Positions 37,727 through 47,749 are shown, counted from the stretch's first letter. The stretch: 64,000 nt of DNA from a bacterium (GCA_963669175.1 OY769902.1:2752001-2816000); one strand, 5' to 3'. Numbers and translations: made by a program. Notes: a model not told the origin generated them from the letters alone.

Positions 37727-39060
37727 GTGTCCATCTTCCAGTCCCTGACGCAAAGGTAACGTTCAACCGTCATCTCGACCGGTTGGAAAAGCTGATCCCC
37801 ATGGTACCTCGTGGCAAGATCACCCGCGTTGTCGGATTGGTGCTGGAATCCAATGGCCCCGAGACTTCGGTCGGGGAAGTCTGTGAGATTCTTGACCGGA
37901 CCGGGCAGCGTGTCGGTTTGGCTGAAGTTGTCGGGTTTCGTGAAACGACAGTCCTGATGATGCCGTTGGGATCGATAGAAGGGATTCATCCGGGGAGTGT
38001 GGTTCGCAGCTTGCGTCGGCCCTTTGTTGTCGGTGTCGGGCAAGGTGTTCTAGGACGGGTTCTGGATGGACTGGGACGTCCGTTGGACGATAAAGGCGTA
38101 CTGGATATCGATTCGCATGTTCCGATTGTCGCGTCACCGCCGCATCCGTTGAAACGTGAGCGAATTTCAGAGCCACTGGAACTTGGCATCAGGGCGATTG
38201 ACGGCCTGTTGACCAGTGGTAAGGGACAGCGTTTTGGTGTCTTTGCCGGTTCTGGTGTGGGCAAGAGTGTTTTGATGGGGATGGTCTCACGCAACACCGA
38301 AGCCCAGGTGAATGTGATTGCGTTGGTCGGTGAACGTGGCCGTGAGGTCCGTGACTTTCTCGAGAAAGACCTTGGGGAAGAGGGACTGCGGCGGAGTGTG
38401 GTTGTTGCAGTAACATCCGATCAACCGGCGCTGATCCGTATCAAAGGAGCCATGCTGGCGACGGCTATTGCTGAGTGGTTCCGTGACCAGGGCAACGATG
38501 TGATGCTGATGATGGACTCGGTGACTCGTTTGGCAATGGCGCAACGTGAGATCGGGCTGGCAATCGGTGAACCACCAACAACTCGCGGCTATACGCCAAG
38601 CGTGTTTGCCATGCTGCCGCGACTTCTGGAACGAGCCGGACGCAGTGAAAAAGGTTCAATTACAGCGCTTTACACCGTATTGGTAGAAGGTGACGACATG
38701 AATGAGCCGGTCGCGGACGCGGTTCGTTCCATCTTGGATGGTCATATCGTGTTGTCACGAAAGCTGGCGGCGGAAGGCCATTATCCGGCTATTGATGTGC
38801 TGGGCAGTATCAGCCGTGTGATGGGGGATGTTGTTTCCGACGACCTGAAGAAAGCGGCAAAGACAGTCATTGCAGATATGGCGATTTATCGTGAGAACGA
38901 AGATCTGATCAATATCGGTGCGTATAAGGCCGGGTCAAATCCCAGGATTGACCGGGCTATTGCGAAACGTGACGCGATCGAGAACCTGCTGATCCAGGAT
39001 ATTGGAGATCCTGGTAACCTGCAGGAAGCCTGGCAGGAAGTGATTCAACTGGCGAAGTAA
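37723..39060 (+). CDS. fliI: flagellar export ATPase FliI
   Basis: GVFAGSGVGKS, GERGREV, MDSVTRLAMAQRE, GYTPSVF, LDGHIVLSR. Confidence 0.97.
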   Translation: MSVHLPVPDAKVTFNRHLDRLEKLIPMVPRGKITRVVGLVLESNGPETSVGEVCEILDRTGQRVGLAEVVGFRETTVLMMPLGSIEGIHPGSVVRSLRRPFVVGVGQGVLGRVLDGLGRPLDDKGVLDIDSHVPIVASPPHPLKRERISEPLELGIRAIDGLLTSGKGQRFGVFAGSGVGKSVLMGMVSRNTEAQVNVIALVGERGREVRDFLEKDLGEEGLRRSVVVAVTSDQPALIRIKGAMLATAIAEWFRDQGNDVMLMMDSVTRLAMAQREIGLAIGEPPTTRGYTPSVFAMLPRLLERAGRSEKGSITALYTVLVEGDDMNEPVADAVRSILDGHIVLSRKLAAEGHYPAIDVLGSISRVMGDVVSDDLKKAAKTVIADMAIYRENEDLINIGAYKAGSNPRIDRAIAKRDAIENLLIQDIGDPGNLQEAWQEVIQLAK

Positions 39061-39069
39061 GGAAGGCTG

Positions 39070-39525
39070 ATGAAGAAGTTTACGTTCAGGCTGCAAAGAG
39101 TTTTAGACGCCAAGGAGAGTGAAGAGCGTCAATGCCAGCGTGAACTCGGCGAAGCACAACATGAATTGCGACGCCAGGAAGCTTTGATGCGTCACCTGCA
39201 GGATGAAATGGAGCGTCAATTTCAGAAGCAGCGCGAGATGAGTACACAGACGGTTCGTGTTGCAGATCTACGCATTCAGGATCAATGGAAGGGTAATCTC
39301 AAGCGCGTAATCAAGCACCAGGAAAAGGAAATTGAAAAGGCGGAAAAGGAAGTAGAAATCAAACGGGTAAAATTGCTTGAAGTTACCCGCGAGAAGAAGG
39401 TGCTTGAAAAGCTGAAAGAGAAGCGCCTGGAAGAATACAGGCAAGAGTTTCAAACTGAGCAGCAAAACACGTTAGATGATATCGGCGGAAAGATGGCGGC
39501 TCGCGCCGCCGGGAGCAACGGGTAA
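39070..39525 (+). CDS. fliJ: flagellar export chaperone FliJ
   Basis: MKKFTFRLQRVL, coiled coil, EKLKEK...EQQNTLDD. Confidence 0.9.
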   Translation: MKKFTFRLQRVLDAKESEERQCQRELGEAQHELRRQEALMRHLQDEMERQFQKQREMSTQTVRVADLRIQDQWKGNLKRVIKHQEKEIEKAEKEVEIKRVKLLEVTREKKVLEKLKEKRLEEYRQEFQTEQQNTLDDIGGKMAARAAGSNG

Positions 39526-39561
39526 ACAAACCCGCAGGCGAACACTGCCGGGGACAGGACT

Positions 39562-40182
39562 ATGAACGTAAAAGTCATTGCTATTCTGGTTGTCGCGTTT
39601 GTCCTCAGTTTTGTGGGCAACTACTTCATTTTGAAGTCGACGACCACGTGGACGGAAGAAGACATCATCGCCGAGTACGGTGAACCGGAACTTGAAGAAG
39701 CGCCGAAAGAACTGGAGCTGTTCAGCGATTTGTCCGGTGATGAGCCGCCCATGACGGAAGAAGAGCAGGTTTCCGTAATTGACTCGCTGCAGAAACAGAC
39801 AGAAGTCAAGATGGAAGCTGCGGTCGATTCCGTTGTGGAAGCACGAACCCGTCCGATGCAGGTCGCCATGGACAGTACGCGGCAGGAACTACAGAACGCG
39901 CGCGAGTTGGCTGGTGAACTTGGTGATTTGCTGGCATCGATCACGGCAGTACAGGACAGCATTGACCAGAGTCGGGCGACACGGCTTGCCAAGATGCTGG
40001 AAAGCATGAAGCCGGATGCCGCTGCAACCATCCTCAATGGCCTGAGTAGCCAGGTTGCCGCACAATTGCTGATGAATATGCGTCAACGCAATGCGGCGAA
40101 GATCTTGGCTGAATTACCACGGGATCGTGCGGCCGCGGTGGCTCGTCACCTGTCACGTGCGTACTGGGAGTCCACCATATGA
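39562..40182 (+). CDS. MotE/FlbB/YlxF-like protein (MgtE_N-like domain)
   Basis: N-terminal TM, coiled coil, LAKMLESMKPDAAATIL...MRQRNAAKILAEL; position after fliJ. Confidence 0.75.
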   Translation: MNVKVIAILVVAFVLSFVGNYFILKSTTTWTEEDIIAEYGEPELEEAPKELELFSDLSGDEPPMTEEEQVSVIDSLQKQTEVKMEAAVDSVVEARTRPMQVAMDSTRQELQNARELAGELGDLLASITAVQDSIDQSRATRLAKMLESMKPDAAATILNGLSSQVAAQLLMNMRQRNAAKILAELPRDRAAAVARHLSRAYWESTI

Positions 40183-43094
40183 GCGCGGCGGCTAACATAT
40201 CACGATTCCTGCAATTGTTGAAAGGACAGCAGGATTCAACGCCGCAACGTAGAGCGGGCCGGCGTGGGTTCCGCCAGACACTTGAAACTGTGCAGGGACA
40301 ACGTACACAGCGTCCTTTAGCCCTGGTGGTAAAGGGAAGGGAAGTATCGTTCAAGAATGTGCCCTTCTTCGATACAGATGGTAACAAACTGCAAATTCAG
40401 TCCTATTCCGATGGCGGCAAAACAGTAGTTGACGTAAAAAAGTCCGGGAAGAATGCCAAGCGCAGCTTGTCCAAACCAACTACTCCCGGCATGAAGCTCG
40501 AAGCCAAACTCAGCGGTAACAGCCAGGTTGATCAGGCAATTCCGAATCTGCGGGATCATGTGCGTGAACACCTGAAGCAGACTCGCGAACTCAGGCATGG
40601 TATCCTGTCCGGAGAGTTGGAAACCCCCGGCACAAAAGGTACACGTCTGAAGAAAAAACTGGTCGAAGAAAACGGTTCCGAGTTGGATAAGCTTGTCGCC
40701 AAGTTGGAAAATGTACGCGGTGATAACCAGAACACTGCGGTTTCACTTGCGGCCCTGGGAATGCGGATATCACGCAACTCGGCTGCCGGAGATGATGGAA
40801 AGCTGGTCATGTCAGATAGTGTGAAGTCAGCATCAGGCAACGGGAAGGACGATGCCTGGGTGGGTAAAGTTATCGATGCTAATGATATTGATGCGATCAA
40901 GCAGCTCAAGAAAGAGCTTCCCAACCCGTTGGAAAGGCGAGTTTCTGCCTTTACGCCACGGCGAGTGGATAAGAACGGCAATGCTTTAAGCGATTCCAGA
41001 ACATCAGCAAAGAATGAAAACGGTACGGGTGAAAAGCAGGTCGCAAGCGTTTCGAAGCAGAGCAATGGCAAGGCAGAAAACATTGTTCCCTTGAAAGAAA
41101 CGGTTTCGAATAAAGCGGAAAGCGGAACAGCACAAGTTGAGCAGAAAAGCAGTGAAAAAAGCACCATAGCCGTTTCACTTCGCCAATCGCAGGGGAAGGT
41201 CAGCGCACAGACCGGAGACGATTCGCGCATTGTCAGCAAGATACAGGTGAAACAATCATTCCCTGAAGTCCCAGGTGATGATATTATCCGTCAGCGTGAA
41301 CAGCTCAAAGCCTTTACCCGTCATCTTACCCAGGGAAAGGCCAATGCCGCAAATGGGACTTCCGCTGGCGAAGGCACGACAAAAACGGCATCGCAACCAC
41401 GCAACGACATTGATGATTCTCAGATCAAACGCTTGGTAAAGGATGCGGTCAAGCAGGCCGATCGTGGAGCCGGGCAGGAAACGAAACAATCGCTCGAAGC
41501 GGAAGCCTACCTGAAGAAGCGTAATGGTCGTCCCAACCGGATAACCAGTGAACTGTCAACACAGCGAAACGCAGCTCCATCAAAAACAGCGCTTTCAGAT
41601 TCAGAATCCAGCAAGACCCAATCCACGCTGAGTGAGCTTGCCGATACAACTCAACGCAGGCCGTCACGATTGACACGCCAGGCTGTACAGCGTGCATTCC
41701 CGAGAAACGGTAACGGTAGCAACGACACTACAGCGAAAGCGGAAGCGAAGCAGGATACCGAAACTGTAAAATCGACAGTTAAAAATCAGGACAACACACA
41801 GGCAACAACGCCCGTGGTTTCGAAGCAGGCAAAACAGGGAAAAACCGTTGCCGAGAAGCCGGTACAGGGAAAATCGGAACATAATCCTGTCAGCCAGCAG
41901 GCGAAAAATGATGGCGCTTCGAAGTCCGATTTCATCACACCGGTAGAAGTGAATACCAAACCTGCATCCTCGAACGGGAATACTCCTATCCAGTCGAAGC
42001 CACAAGTGGCGCCACAACCGCAATCTCAGCCACAGGCTCAAGCACAGGTTGAACAGTCCAGGGCAGCTAAACCACAACCCCAGGCTGCACAACAACCGCA
42101 ATCTCAGCCTCAGAAAGTTCAGTCACAGGCTCAAGCACAGACTGAACAGTCCAATATGGCCAAATCGCAGCCACAAGTGCAGCAAGTCCAGCAGAATCAA
42201 ACCCAAGCCCAACAGACGGCTTCACCTACTTCACAGACTGCACCAGATAATGCGAAACCGGGGGAGCTTCTGTCGGACGCGTGGCGCGTGGGCAATTTGA
42301 AGGCAGATGACGCCAACTTGAAGACCGATAGTCGCCGTGGGTTGCGTGAAGTGATTACTGATACCTGGCAGAACGTCCGTGGACGCCTTTCGCGGAAATC
42401 CAATGGCAAAGAATCGCAGCAGGGGGAGAGCAACCGTGACAATTCCGGTCAGTCCTCAGATAATGCCAATGCGATGAAAACAGCACAGGCGGCGAAGAAT
42501 GAACAGGTGAATCAGGCTGCCTTCAAGGAAGCTGTCCAGGCGCAACAACAGCATTCAACCACGCAGACCACGACTGCTGCCACAACGGCAAAAACAGCAG
42601 AAGGCTGGCAGTCATCACTTTTGAACAACAATGCGGAATCCAATGCTGAAAGCGTCAAGAATCTGAATGATGTTTTGCAGAAGATTCAGGGACGCGCCGA
42701 GTTGTTGAAAGCCGGAGAATCGGCCAGTATTCGTATCCTGCTGAAACCGAATGACTTGGGAGCAGCGTCAGTCCTGATCAAGCGTAGCGACAAGAAGTAT
42801 GATATCGTTGTTACTACGGATAGCAAGGAAGCTGCGAAGCATATCGAAGCGCAGACTGCACAGTTCAAGGAACAGCTTTCCCAGTCCGGCATACAGCTTA
42901 ACAAGTTTGATGTGGATACCGGTGAACATCGTCAGCAGACTCGTGGTGAAGCTGCCGGCGATCAGGAAGGCCGGAATCGTGGCAACCGTGACCAGGGACA
43001 GAATGCACGTGCCGAAGAACAGCAGCAGGAAGTAGAACAGTATCATGCGCGTAGCCGTACCTTGGGCACCAATACGGTTGAGTACGTTGGATAA
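40179..43094 (+). CDS. fliK: flagellar hook-length control protein FliK (971 aa)
   Basis: Low-complexity Q/S/T/A-rich body; C-terminal T3S4 domain IRILLKPNDLG...LSQSGIQL; lies upstream of flgD. Confidence 0.85.
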   Translation: MSAAANISRFLQLLKGQQDSTPQRRAGRRGFRQTLETVQGQRTQRPLALVVKGREVSFKNVPFFDTDGNKLQIQSYSDGGKTVVDVKKSGKNAKRSLSKPTTPGMKLEAKLSGNSQVDQAIPNLRDHVREHLKQTRELRHGILSGELETPGTKGTRLKKKLVEENGSELDKLVAKLENVRGDNQNTAVSLAALGMRISRNSAAGDDGKLVMSDSVKSASGNGKDDAWVGKVIDANDIDAIKQLKKELPNPLERRVSAFTPRRVDKNGNALSDSRTSAKNENGTGEKQVASVSKQSNGKAENIVPLKETVSNKAESGTAQVEQKSSEKSTIAVSLRQSQGKVSAQTGDDSRIVSKIQVKQSFPEVPGDDIIRQREQLKAFTRHLTQGKANAANGTSAGEGTTKTASQPRNDIDDSQIKRLVKDAVKQADRGAGQETKQSLEAEAYLKKRNGRPNRITSELSTQRNAAPSKTALSDSESSKTQSTLSELADTTQRRPSRLTRQAVQRAFPRNGNGSNDTTAKAEAKQDTETVKSTVKNQDNTQATTPVVSKQAKQGKTVAEKPVQGKSEHNPVSQQAKNDGASKSDFITPVEVNTKPASSNGNTPIQSKPQVAPQPQSQPQAQAQVEQSRAAKPQPQAAQQPQSQPQKVQSQAQAQTEQSNMAKSQPQVQQVQQNQTQAQQTASPTSQTAPDNAKPGELLSDAWRVGNLKADDANLKTDSRRGLREVITDTWQNVRGRLSRKSNGKESQQGESNRDNSGQSSDNANAMKTAQAAKNEQVNQAAFKEAVQAQQQHSTTQTTTAATTAKTAEGWQSSLLNNNAESNAESVKNLNDVLQKIQGRAELLKAGESASIRILLKPNDLGAASVLIKRSDKKYDIVVTTDSKEAAKHIEAQTAQFKEQLSQSGIQLNKFDVDTGEHRQQTRGEAAGDQEGRNRGNRDQGQNARAEEQQQEVEQYHARSRTLGTNTVEYVG

Positions 43095-43267
43095 TATTGA
43101 CCATGTTTGAATAACATCAGCTAGGCAATTACAGACAGGATGAATCGAATAAAGGCAAGCTTTGCCCAAAACGAGATGGGTGAAGACCGTATGGATTGAC
43201 GAAAAGGATTTTCTAAATCCAGTATAATCAATATGTACAAAGACGATTCGTTTTGTTTTTATACAAG

Positions 43268-43283
43268 AGGCATATGCTTTGCC
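43268..43283 (+). promoter_or_regulatory. candidate sigma-54 promoter upstream of flgD
   Basis: aGGCAT-ATGCT-TTGCc (GG-N10-GC) in the ~350-bp fliK-flgD gap. Confidence 0.55.
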
Positions 43284-43445
43284 TTAAAGCTAAAGTGGAG
43301 GCTGAAGAATTGCTGGAGCTATTCTCGATACACTAGCAGGGGCATGCTGAACAATTCAGCAAAAAACAGGTTCCCCTCGAACGTCGGAGATAGTAAAGCA
43401 CATTCAGCCGTGTAACAGCATACCTCAGGAAAGGAGGTGATTTGG

Positions 43446-44177
43446 ATGACTGATTTTCAGTCTATCAATGGACTGATCAGCGATGTGTCATCGCTTACCA
43501 CCGAGACAGTCGGGAACAGTACGCTCGATAAGGATGCGTTTCTGCAACTCCTGGTTGCCCAGTTGAAAGTTCAGGATCCAACCAACCCGCAGGATGCGAC
43601 AGAGTTTACCTCGCAGATTGCCCAGTTCACAGAGCTGGAACAGTTGACGAACCTGAACGAAACGATGGTAACAGCGGCTCAGACGGATGCGATCCTTGCT
43701 CAATCCATCAACAACACTCTGGCTTCGACCATTATCGGGAAGGATGCCAAGGTTGAGGGTGGTGAAATCCAGCTCACGGATGGTGAGGCGAGCAAGGTTG
43801 GCTACGATCTGACGAATGCTGCCCAGACCCTGACACTCGAGATCACGGATTCGAGTGGGAATGTTGTCCGAACCATTACCGAAACCGACGTCAATGCCGG
43901 TGAAGGAACCATCGAGTGGGATGGCAAGGATGAAAAGGGCAACGATCTGGCAGACGGCAGCTATTCGGTTTCTGTGACCGCGACCAGCTATGATGGCACG
44001 GAGAGCGAAGTTTCGCCATTGTTGATCGGTACAATCGAAGCGGTCCGGTACACATCGGACGGCGCAGTGTTGATCGTTGATGGTGTTGAAGTAGCGTTTG
44101 GCGATGTCCTGGAGATTCGCGACCCTGATGATCCAACCAATGTTCTCTCCGATGCATTGACTTGGTTGGGAGGGTGA
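43446..44177 (+). CDS. flgD: hook capping protein FlgD
   Basis: LDKDAFLQLLVAQLKVQDPTNP, QIAQFTELEQ, WDGKD..G..LADGSY. Confidence 0.95.
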   Translation: MTDFQSINGLISDVSSLTTETVGNSTLDKDAFLQLLVAQLKVQDPTNPQDATEFTSQIAQFTELEQLTNLNETMVTAAQTDAILAQSINNTLASTIIGKDAKVEGGEIQLTDGEASKVGYDLTNAAQTLTLEITDSSGNVVRTITETDVNAGEGTIEWDGKDEKGNDLADGSYSVSVTATSYDGTESEVSPLLIGTIEAVRYTSDGAVLIVDGVEVAFGDVLEIRDPDDPTNVLSDALTWLGG

Positions 44178-44178
44178 G

Positions 44179-44580
44179 ATGAACTGGGATATCGACCGGA
44201 TTCAAGGCAGCCAGGGACCGCTTCCGGTTCAACCGGTAAAAAGTCCATCGGTCGATTCACGTAAAACCGGTACGAAAGAGTCGTTTCAGGATGTATTGAG
44301 CCGAACCGGGCAAAAAGTTTCACAACCGGATGTAACCATCTCTTCGCATGCTTCGCAGCGTCTGATGCAACGAGGGATTTCGCTTGACGCCAGCGATATG
44401 CAGAAGATTGATGAAGGGCTGAACCGAGCTGCTGAGAAAGGCGCAAAAGAATCGCTGTTCATGCTTCGGGACCTTGCCCTGGTAGTAAGTGTGGAAAACC
44501 GCACTGTAATTACCGCGTTGCAGGGTGACAGCGCAAAGAACAACGTGTTTACCAACATTGACAGTGCAGTAGTTTTGTAG
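44179..44580 (+). CDS. flagellar operon protein, TIGR02530 family
   Basis: ISSHASQRLMQRGI, KGAKESL, LVVSVENRTVITA, NVFTNIDSAV; position between flgD and flgE. Confidence 0.9.
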   Translation: MNWDIDRIQGSQGPLPVQPVKSPSVDSRKTGTKESFQDVLSRTGQKVSQPDVTISSHASQRLMQRGISLDASDMQKIDEGLNRAAEKGAKESLFMLRDLALVVSVENRTVITALQGDSAKNNVFTNIDSAVVL

Positions 44581-44590
44581 AGTATCAGGA

Positions 44591-44716
44591 AGGGCTGGAC
44601 CTCATCGAGGAAGCCCTCGGCTTCGCCGACCGATCGACGCGAAGCCACCGTAAACCGGGTGAGGAGGAAAACTCCCACCGGAACGGTCCGTAACACGGAA
44701 TCGCGTTGAATACGCG
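44591..44716 (+). ncRNA. candidate structured cis-regulatory RNA leader of flgE
   Basis: Five consecutive hairpins fill the intergenic region: agggct-gga-cctc-atc-gagg-a-agccct; ggcttcgc-cgaccgatcgac-gcgaagcc; a long accgt...acggt stem-loop; tccgt-aac-acgga; cgcgt-tgaat-acgcg. Confidence 0.55.
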
Positions 44717-44738
44717 TTTCATCAGGAGGAAAACGATT

Positions 44739-46661
44739 ATGATGCGGTCATTGATGTCCGGCGTATCCGGAATGGTTAACCATCAGCTCAAGATTGATGT
44801 CGTCGGGAATAACCTGGCAAACATCAACACAGTGGGATTTAAGAGCGACCGGATTAGTTTCGCCGATCAGATTTCACAACTTTTGAGCCCGGGAAGCGGC
44901 ACACGTAACAATTATGGTGGTGTCAATCCCGTACAGGTAGGTCTTGGCATGAAAGTTCAATCCATTGACACGAACTTTGCCCAGGGGTCACTCGAATCGA
45001 CGGGTTACGCCAACGACCTCGCTCTGCAAGGCAACGGGTTCTTCATCGTGCGCAATGGTGAGGATACCTACTTCACTCGTGCAGGCAACTTCAATATCGA
45101 CGCAGATGGGAACCTGACAGCCAATGACGGCTTGTCGATTATCCAGGGGTGGCTGGCGGATGAAACCGGTGAGTTGTCCCCCTCGAACAGTGTGACTGAT
45201 CTTGTTCTGCCGATTGATATGAAGATGTCGCCGAGGGCTACTGATAATGTGGTTCTGTACAGTAACCTCGATTCGACAGCCACTAATGCCGATGCAACGA
45301 TGACGGCTGTCGGTTCTTCCGGCGCAACATCCGTTTCCGGCACTGCCACCGATGGTATTGGTGGCACACACAGCATTGCTATCACGGGCGCTCAGGCAAC
45401 CCAGTCCACCGGCACCTCCGCTACCGGCGGTATGACGGTAAGCGATTCCCTGGCGGCGCTTGGTGTAACAGATGTATCCGATTTCACTGTCACCGTTGAC
45501 AATGGAACCTCGGACGCAGCTTCTTACACGATCACCGGGCTTTCAACCACCAGCACCGTTGGTGACCTGGTGAATGCGTTGAATGACCAGGTTCATGGCG
45601 CCACCTTTGAGCTTTCCGGCGGCAATATCGTCGTCACGCGTGACTATGCCGGTGATGGCGCTTCCTACAACGTACACATGGAAGATGCCGGTACTGGTGA
45701 TATCACAGCTTCCATCTTTGGCGCTGCGACATTTGACGCCAACAGCGGTACGGCTTCAACCTTGTCTGCTGTCGATACCTTTACTGATAACGCCACAGGC
45801 ACTGTTCGTACGGAACAGTTGTCCTTTGCAGCGGATGACCGTACCGGTCTGATGACTGAATTGAGCGGTCTGGGCGGCGGCGGTGTTACCATCCTTTCCG
45901 GGAATGGCTTCACCGCGACTGCAGGCGATCCGTTGCTCGTCACAACAGAAGATACCAGTCACACAACGTCCATTTCTGTCTACGATTCCATGGGCAAAAC
46001 CCATAACCTGTCCATGACGTTCACCAAGACAGGAACCGAGAACCAGTGGGCCTGGGAAGCGGAAGTTGGTGAACCGGCTGTCGCTATCAGCGGCAATACC
46101 GGCCTGGTCAGCTTCAACGAAGATGGCTCGCTTTCAACATTCTCATACGACAACAGCGCAACCGAGTTTTCATTCAATCCCGGCAACAATGCCGCTGATG
46201 TAAATATCGCTTTCAGCCCGGGGTCAACCGGCATGTTCGATGGTATTACCCAGACAGATTCCGCTTTCTCAACTCACGCAGTTGATCAGAATGGCTATGG
46301 AATGGGTGAGCTTGAAGACATCATGATTGACGAGAACGGTGTTATAGTGGGCAGCTTCACCAATGGTCAGAATCAGGATCTGGCTCAGATCGCAGTGGCT
46401 GATTTTGCCAATGAACAAGGGCTGAAGCGTGTGGGTGGCAACCTGTACGAACAGTCTGTATCATCCGGCGATCCCACCATCGGACAAGCGCAGACGAACT
46501 TCAATTCGTCGATTCAATCGGGTTATCTCGAGATGTCCAATGTGGATATCGTCGAGGAGTTTACCGAACTGATTACCGCCCAGCGTGGTTTCCAGGCGAA
46601 TGCTCGTATCGTCACAGTTTCTGACCAGGTACTTGCTGAAGCCACAGCATTGAAGCGGTAA
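44739..46661 (+). CDS. flgE: flagellar hook protein FlgE (long form, 640 aa)
   Basis: MMRSLMSGVSG, GNNLANINTVGFK, DLALQGNGFF, YFTRAGNF, VYDSMG, LEMSNVD, AQRGFQANAR. Confidence 0.96.
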   Translation: MMRSLMSGVSGMVNHQLKIDVVGNNLANINTVGFKSDRISFADQISQLLSPGSGTRNNYGGVNPVQVGLGMKVQSIDTNFAQGSLESTGYANDLALQGNGFFIVRNGEDTYFTRAGNFNIDADGNLTANDGLSIIQGWLADETGELSPSNSVTDLVLPIDMKMSPRATDNVVLYSNLDSTATNADATMTAVGSSGATSVSGTATDGIGGTHSIAITGAQATQSTGTSATGGMTVSDSLAALGVTDVSDFTVTVDNGTSDAASYTITGLSTTSTVGDLVNALNDQVHGATFELSGGNIVVTRDYAGDGASYNVHMEDAGTGDITASIFGAATFDANSGTASTLSAVDTFTDNATGTVRTEQLSFAADDRTGLMTELSGLGGGGVTILSGNGFTATAGDPLLVTTEDTSHTTSISVYDSMGKTHNLSMTFTKTGTENQWAWEAEVGEPAVAISGNTGLVSFNEDGSLSTFSYDNSATEFSFNPGNNAADVNIAFSPGSTGMFDGITQTDSAFSTHAVDQNGYGMGELEDIMIDENGVIVGSFTNGQNQDLAQIAVADFANEQGLKRVGGNLYEQSVSSGDPTIGQAQTNFNSSIQSGYLEMSNVDIVEEFTELITAQRGFQANARIVTVSDQVLAEATALKR

Positions 46662-46706
46662 ATTGATAGTCTAGCCAGAGCAGCGTAGGCCTGCCTGGTC
46701 AGTTGT

Positions 46707-46732
46707 CCCCGGGCCACAATTGTGGCCCGGGG
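46707..46732. other. perfect 26-bp GC-rich palindrome after flgE
   Basis: ccccgggccacaa|ttgtggcccgggg; no U-tract. Confidence 0.8.
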
Positions 46733-46749
46733 GATGATTGGAGAAGAGC

Positions 46750-46974
46750 ATGATATACGTTACTCGGCTTGATGGGTCAGAACTGGTTGTGAACAGCGAC
46801 ATGATTGAGTTCGTGGAAGCGACACCGGATACAATTCTGACGCTGACAGACGGCAAAAAAGTTCTGGTGCAGGAAAGTACAGATGAGATCCTGGAGCGAA
46901 TTATCCAGTTTCGCAACCGTGTACTGGCGCCGATGAACGGATCAGCCACTAATGCGGAGCACGAGGAGCGGTAA
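46750..46974 (+). CDS. flbD: flagellar protein FlbD/SwrD family
   Basis: MIYVTRLDG...VNSDMIEFVEATPDTILTLTDGKKVLVQES. Confidence 0.9.
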   Translation: MIYVTRLDGSELVVNSDMIEFVEATPDTILTLTDGKKVLVQESTDEILERIIQFRNRVLAPMNGSATNAEHEER

Positions 46975-46975
46975 C

Positions 46976-47749
46976 ATGGATATCGCGACTATCATAGGTC
47001 TCGTTGCAGCCGGAGCACTGATTTTCGTCCCGATCTTTACCGGGCCGGGTGTCGGATTCTTCTTCAGTTTTTCATCGTTTTTGATCGTTGTAGGTGGTAC
47101 GTTTGGTGCGACCCTGGTTGCATTTCCGCTGAATGAAGTGTTGGGAATAGTCGGGGTTATCAAGAAAGCTTTTACATTCCAGGCGATACCCTACTCGAAT
47201 ACGATTGACATGATTGTCAACATCGCTGAGAAAGCCCGCCGGGAAGGAATCCTGGCAATCGAGCGTGAAATTGACGGGCTCGATGATCAGTTTATGAAAT
47301 CTGGCGTACAATATGCTGTAGATGGCACAGAACCGGAGACGATCCGTTCTATCCTTGAATCGGAGATTGCCAGCATGGAGGATCGTCATAAAGCTGGTCA
47401 GGCACTCTTTGAAACGATGGGCACGTACGGACCTGCTTTCGGTATGATCGGTACGTTGATCGGATTGATCCAGATGCTTTCGGCGCTTTCAGATCCATCG
47501 CAGATCGGTGCAGGTATGGCAGTCGCGCTGGTGACCACGTTGTACGGGTCCATGCTGGCAAACGTCATCTTCCTGCCGATGAAGGATAAATTGGGCTTCA
47601 GGTCCAAAGAAGAAGTGAAGCGGAAAGAATTGATTGTTGAAGGTATTCTTGCGATTCAGTCGGGTGACAACCCGCGTATCGTACGTGAAAAACTGCTGAC
47701 CTTCCTGCCGCCGAAGGAACGGAGCCAGGAAGAAAGAATGCAGGCATAG
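46976..47749 (+). CDS. motA: stator A subunit (MotA/PomA)
   Basis: LIVVGGT, ARREGILAIE, PAFGMIGTLIGLI, MAVALVTTLYG, GDNPR. Confidence 0.95.
   Translation: MDIATIIGLVAAGALIFVPIFTGPGVGFFFSFSSFLIVVGGTFGATLVAFPLNEVLGIVGVIKKAFTFQAIPYSNTIDMIVNIAEKARREGILAIEREIDGLDDQFMKSGVQYAVDGTEPETIRSILESEIASMEDRHKAGQALFETMGTYGPAFGMIGTLIGLIQMLSALSDPSQIGAGMAVALVTTLYGSMLANVIFLPMKDKLGFRSKEEVKRKELIVEGILAIQSGDNPRIVREKLLTFLPPKERSQEERMQA

Noticed and set aside
43095-43436. c-di-GMP riboswitch or the 60-aa ORF upstream of flgD
   Set aside because: No GEMM-I GGCAAA...GAAA...GACGCAAAG pattern was seen, and the ORF overlaps the candidate promoter and has no recognisable features.
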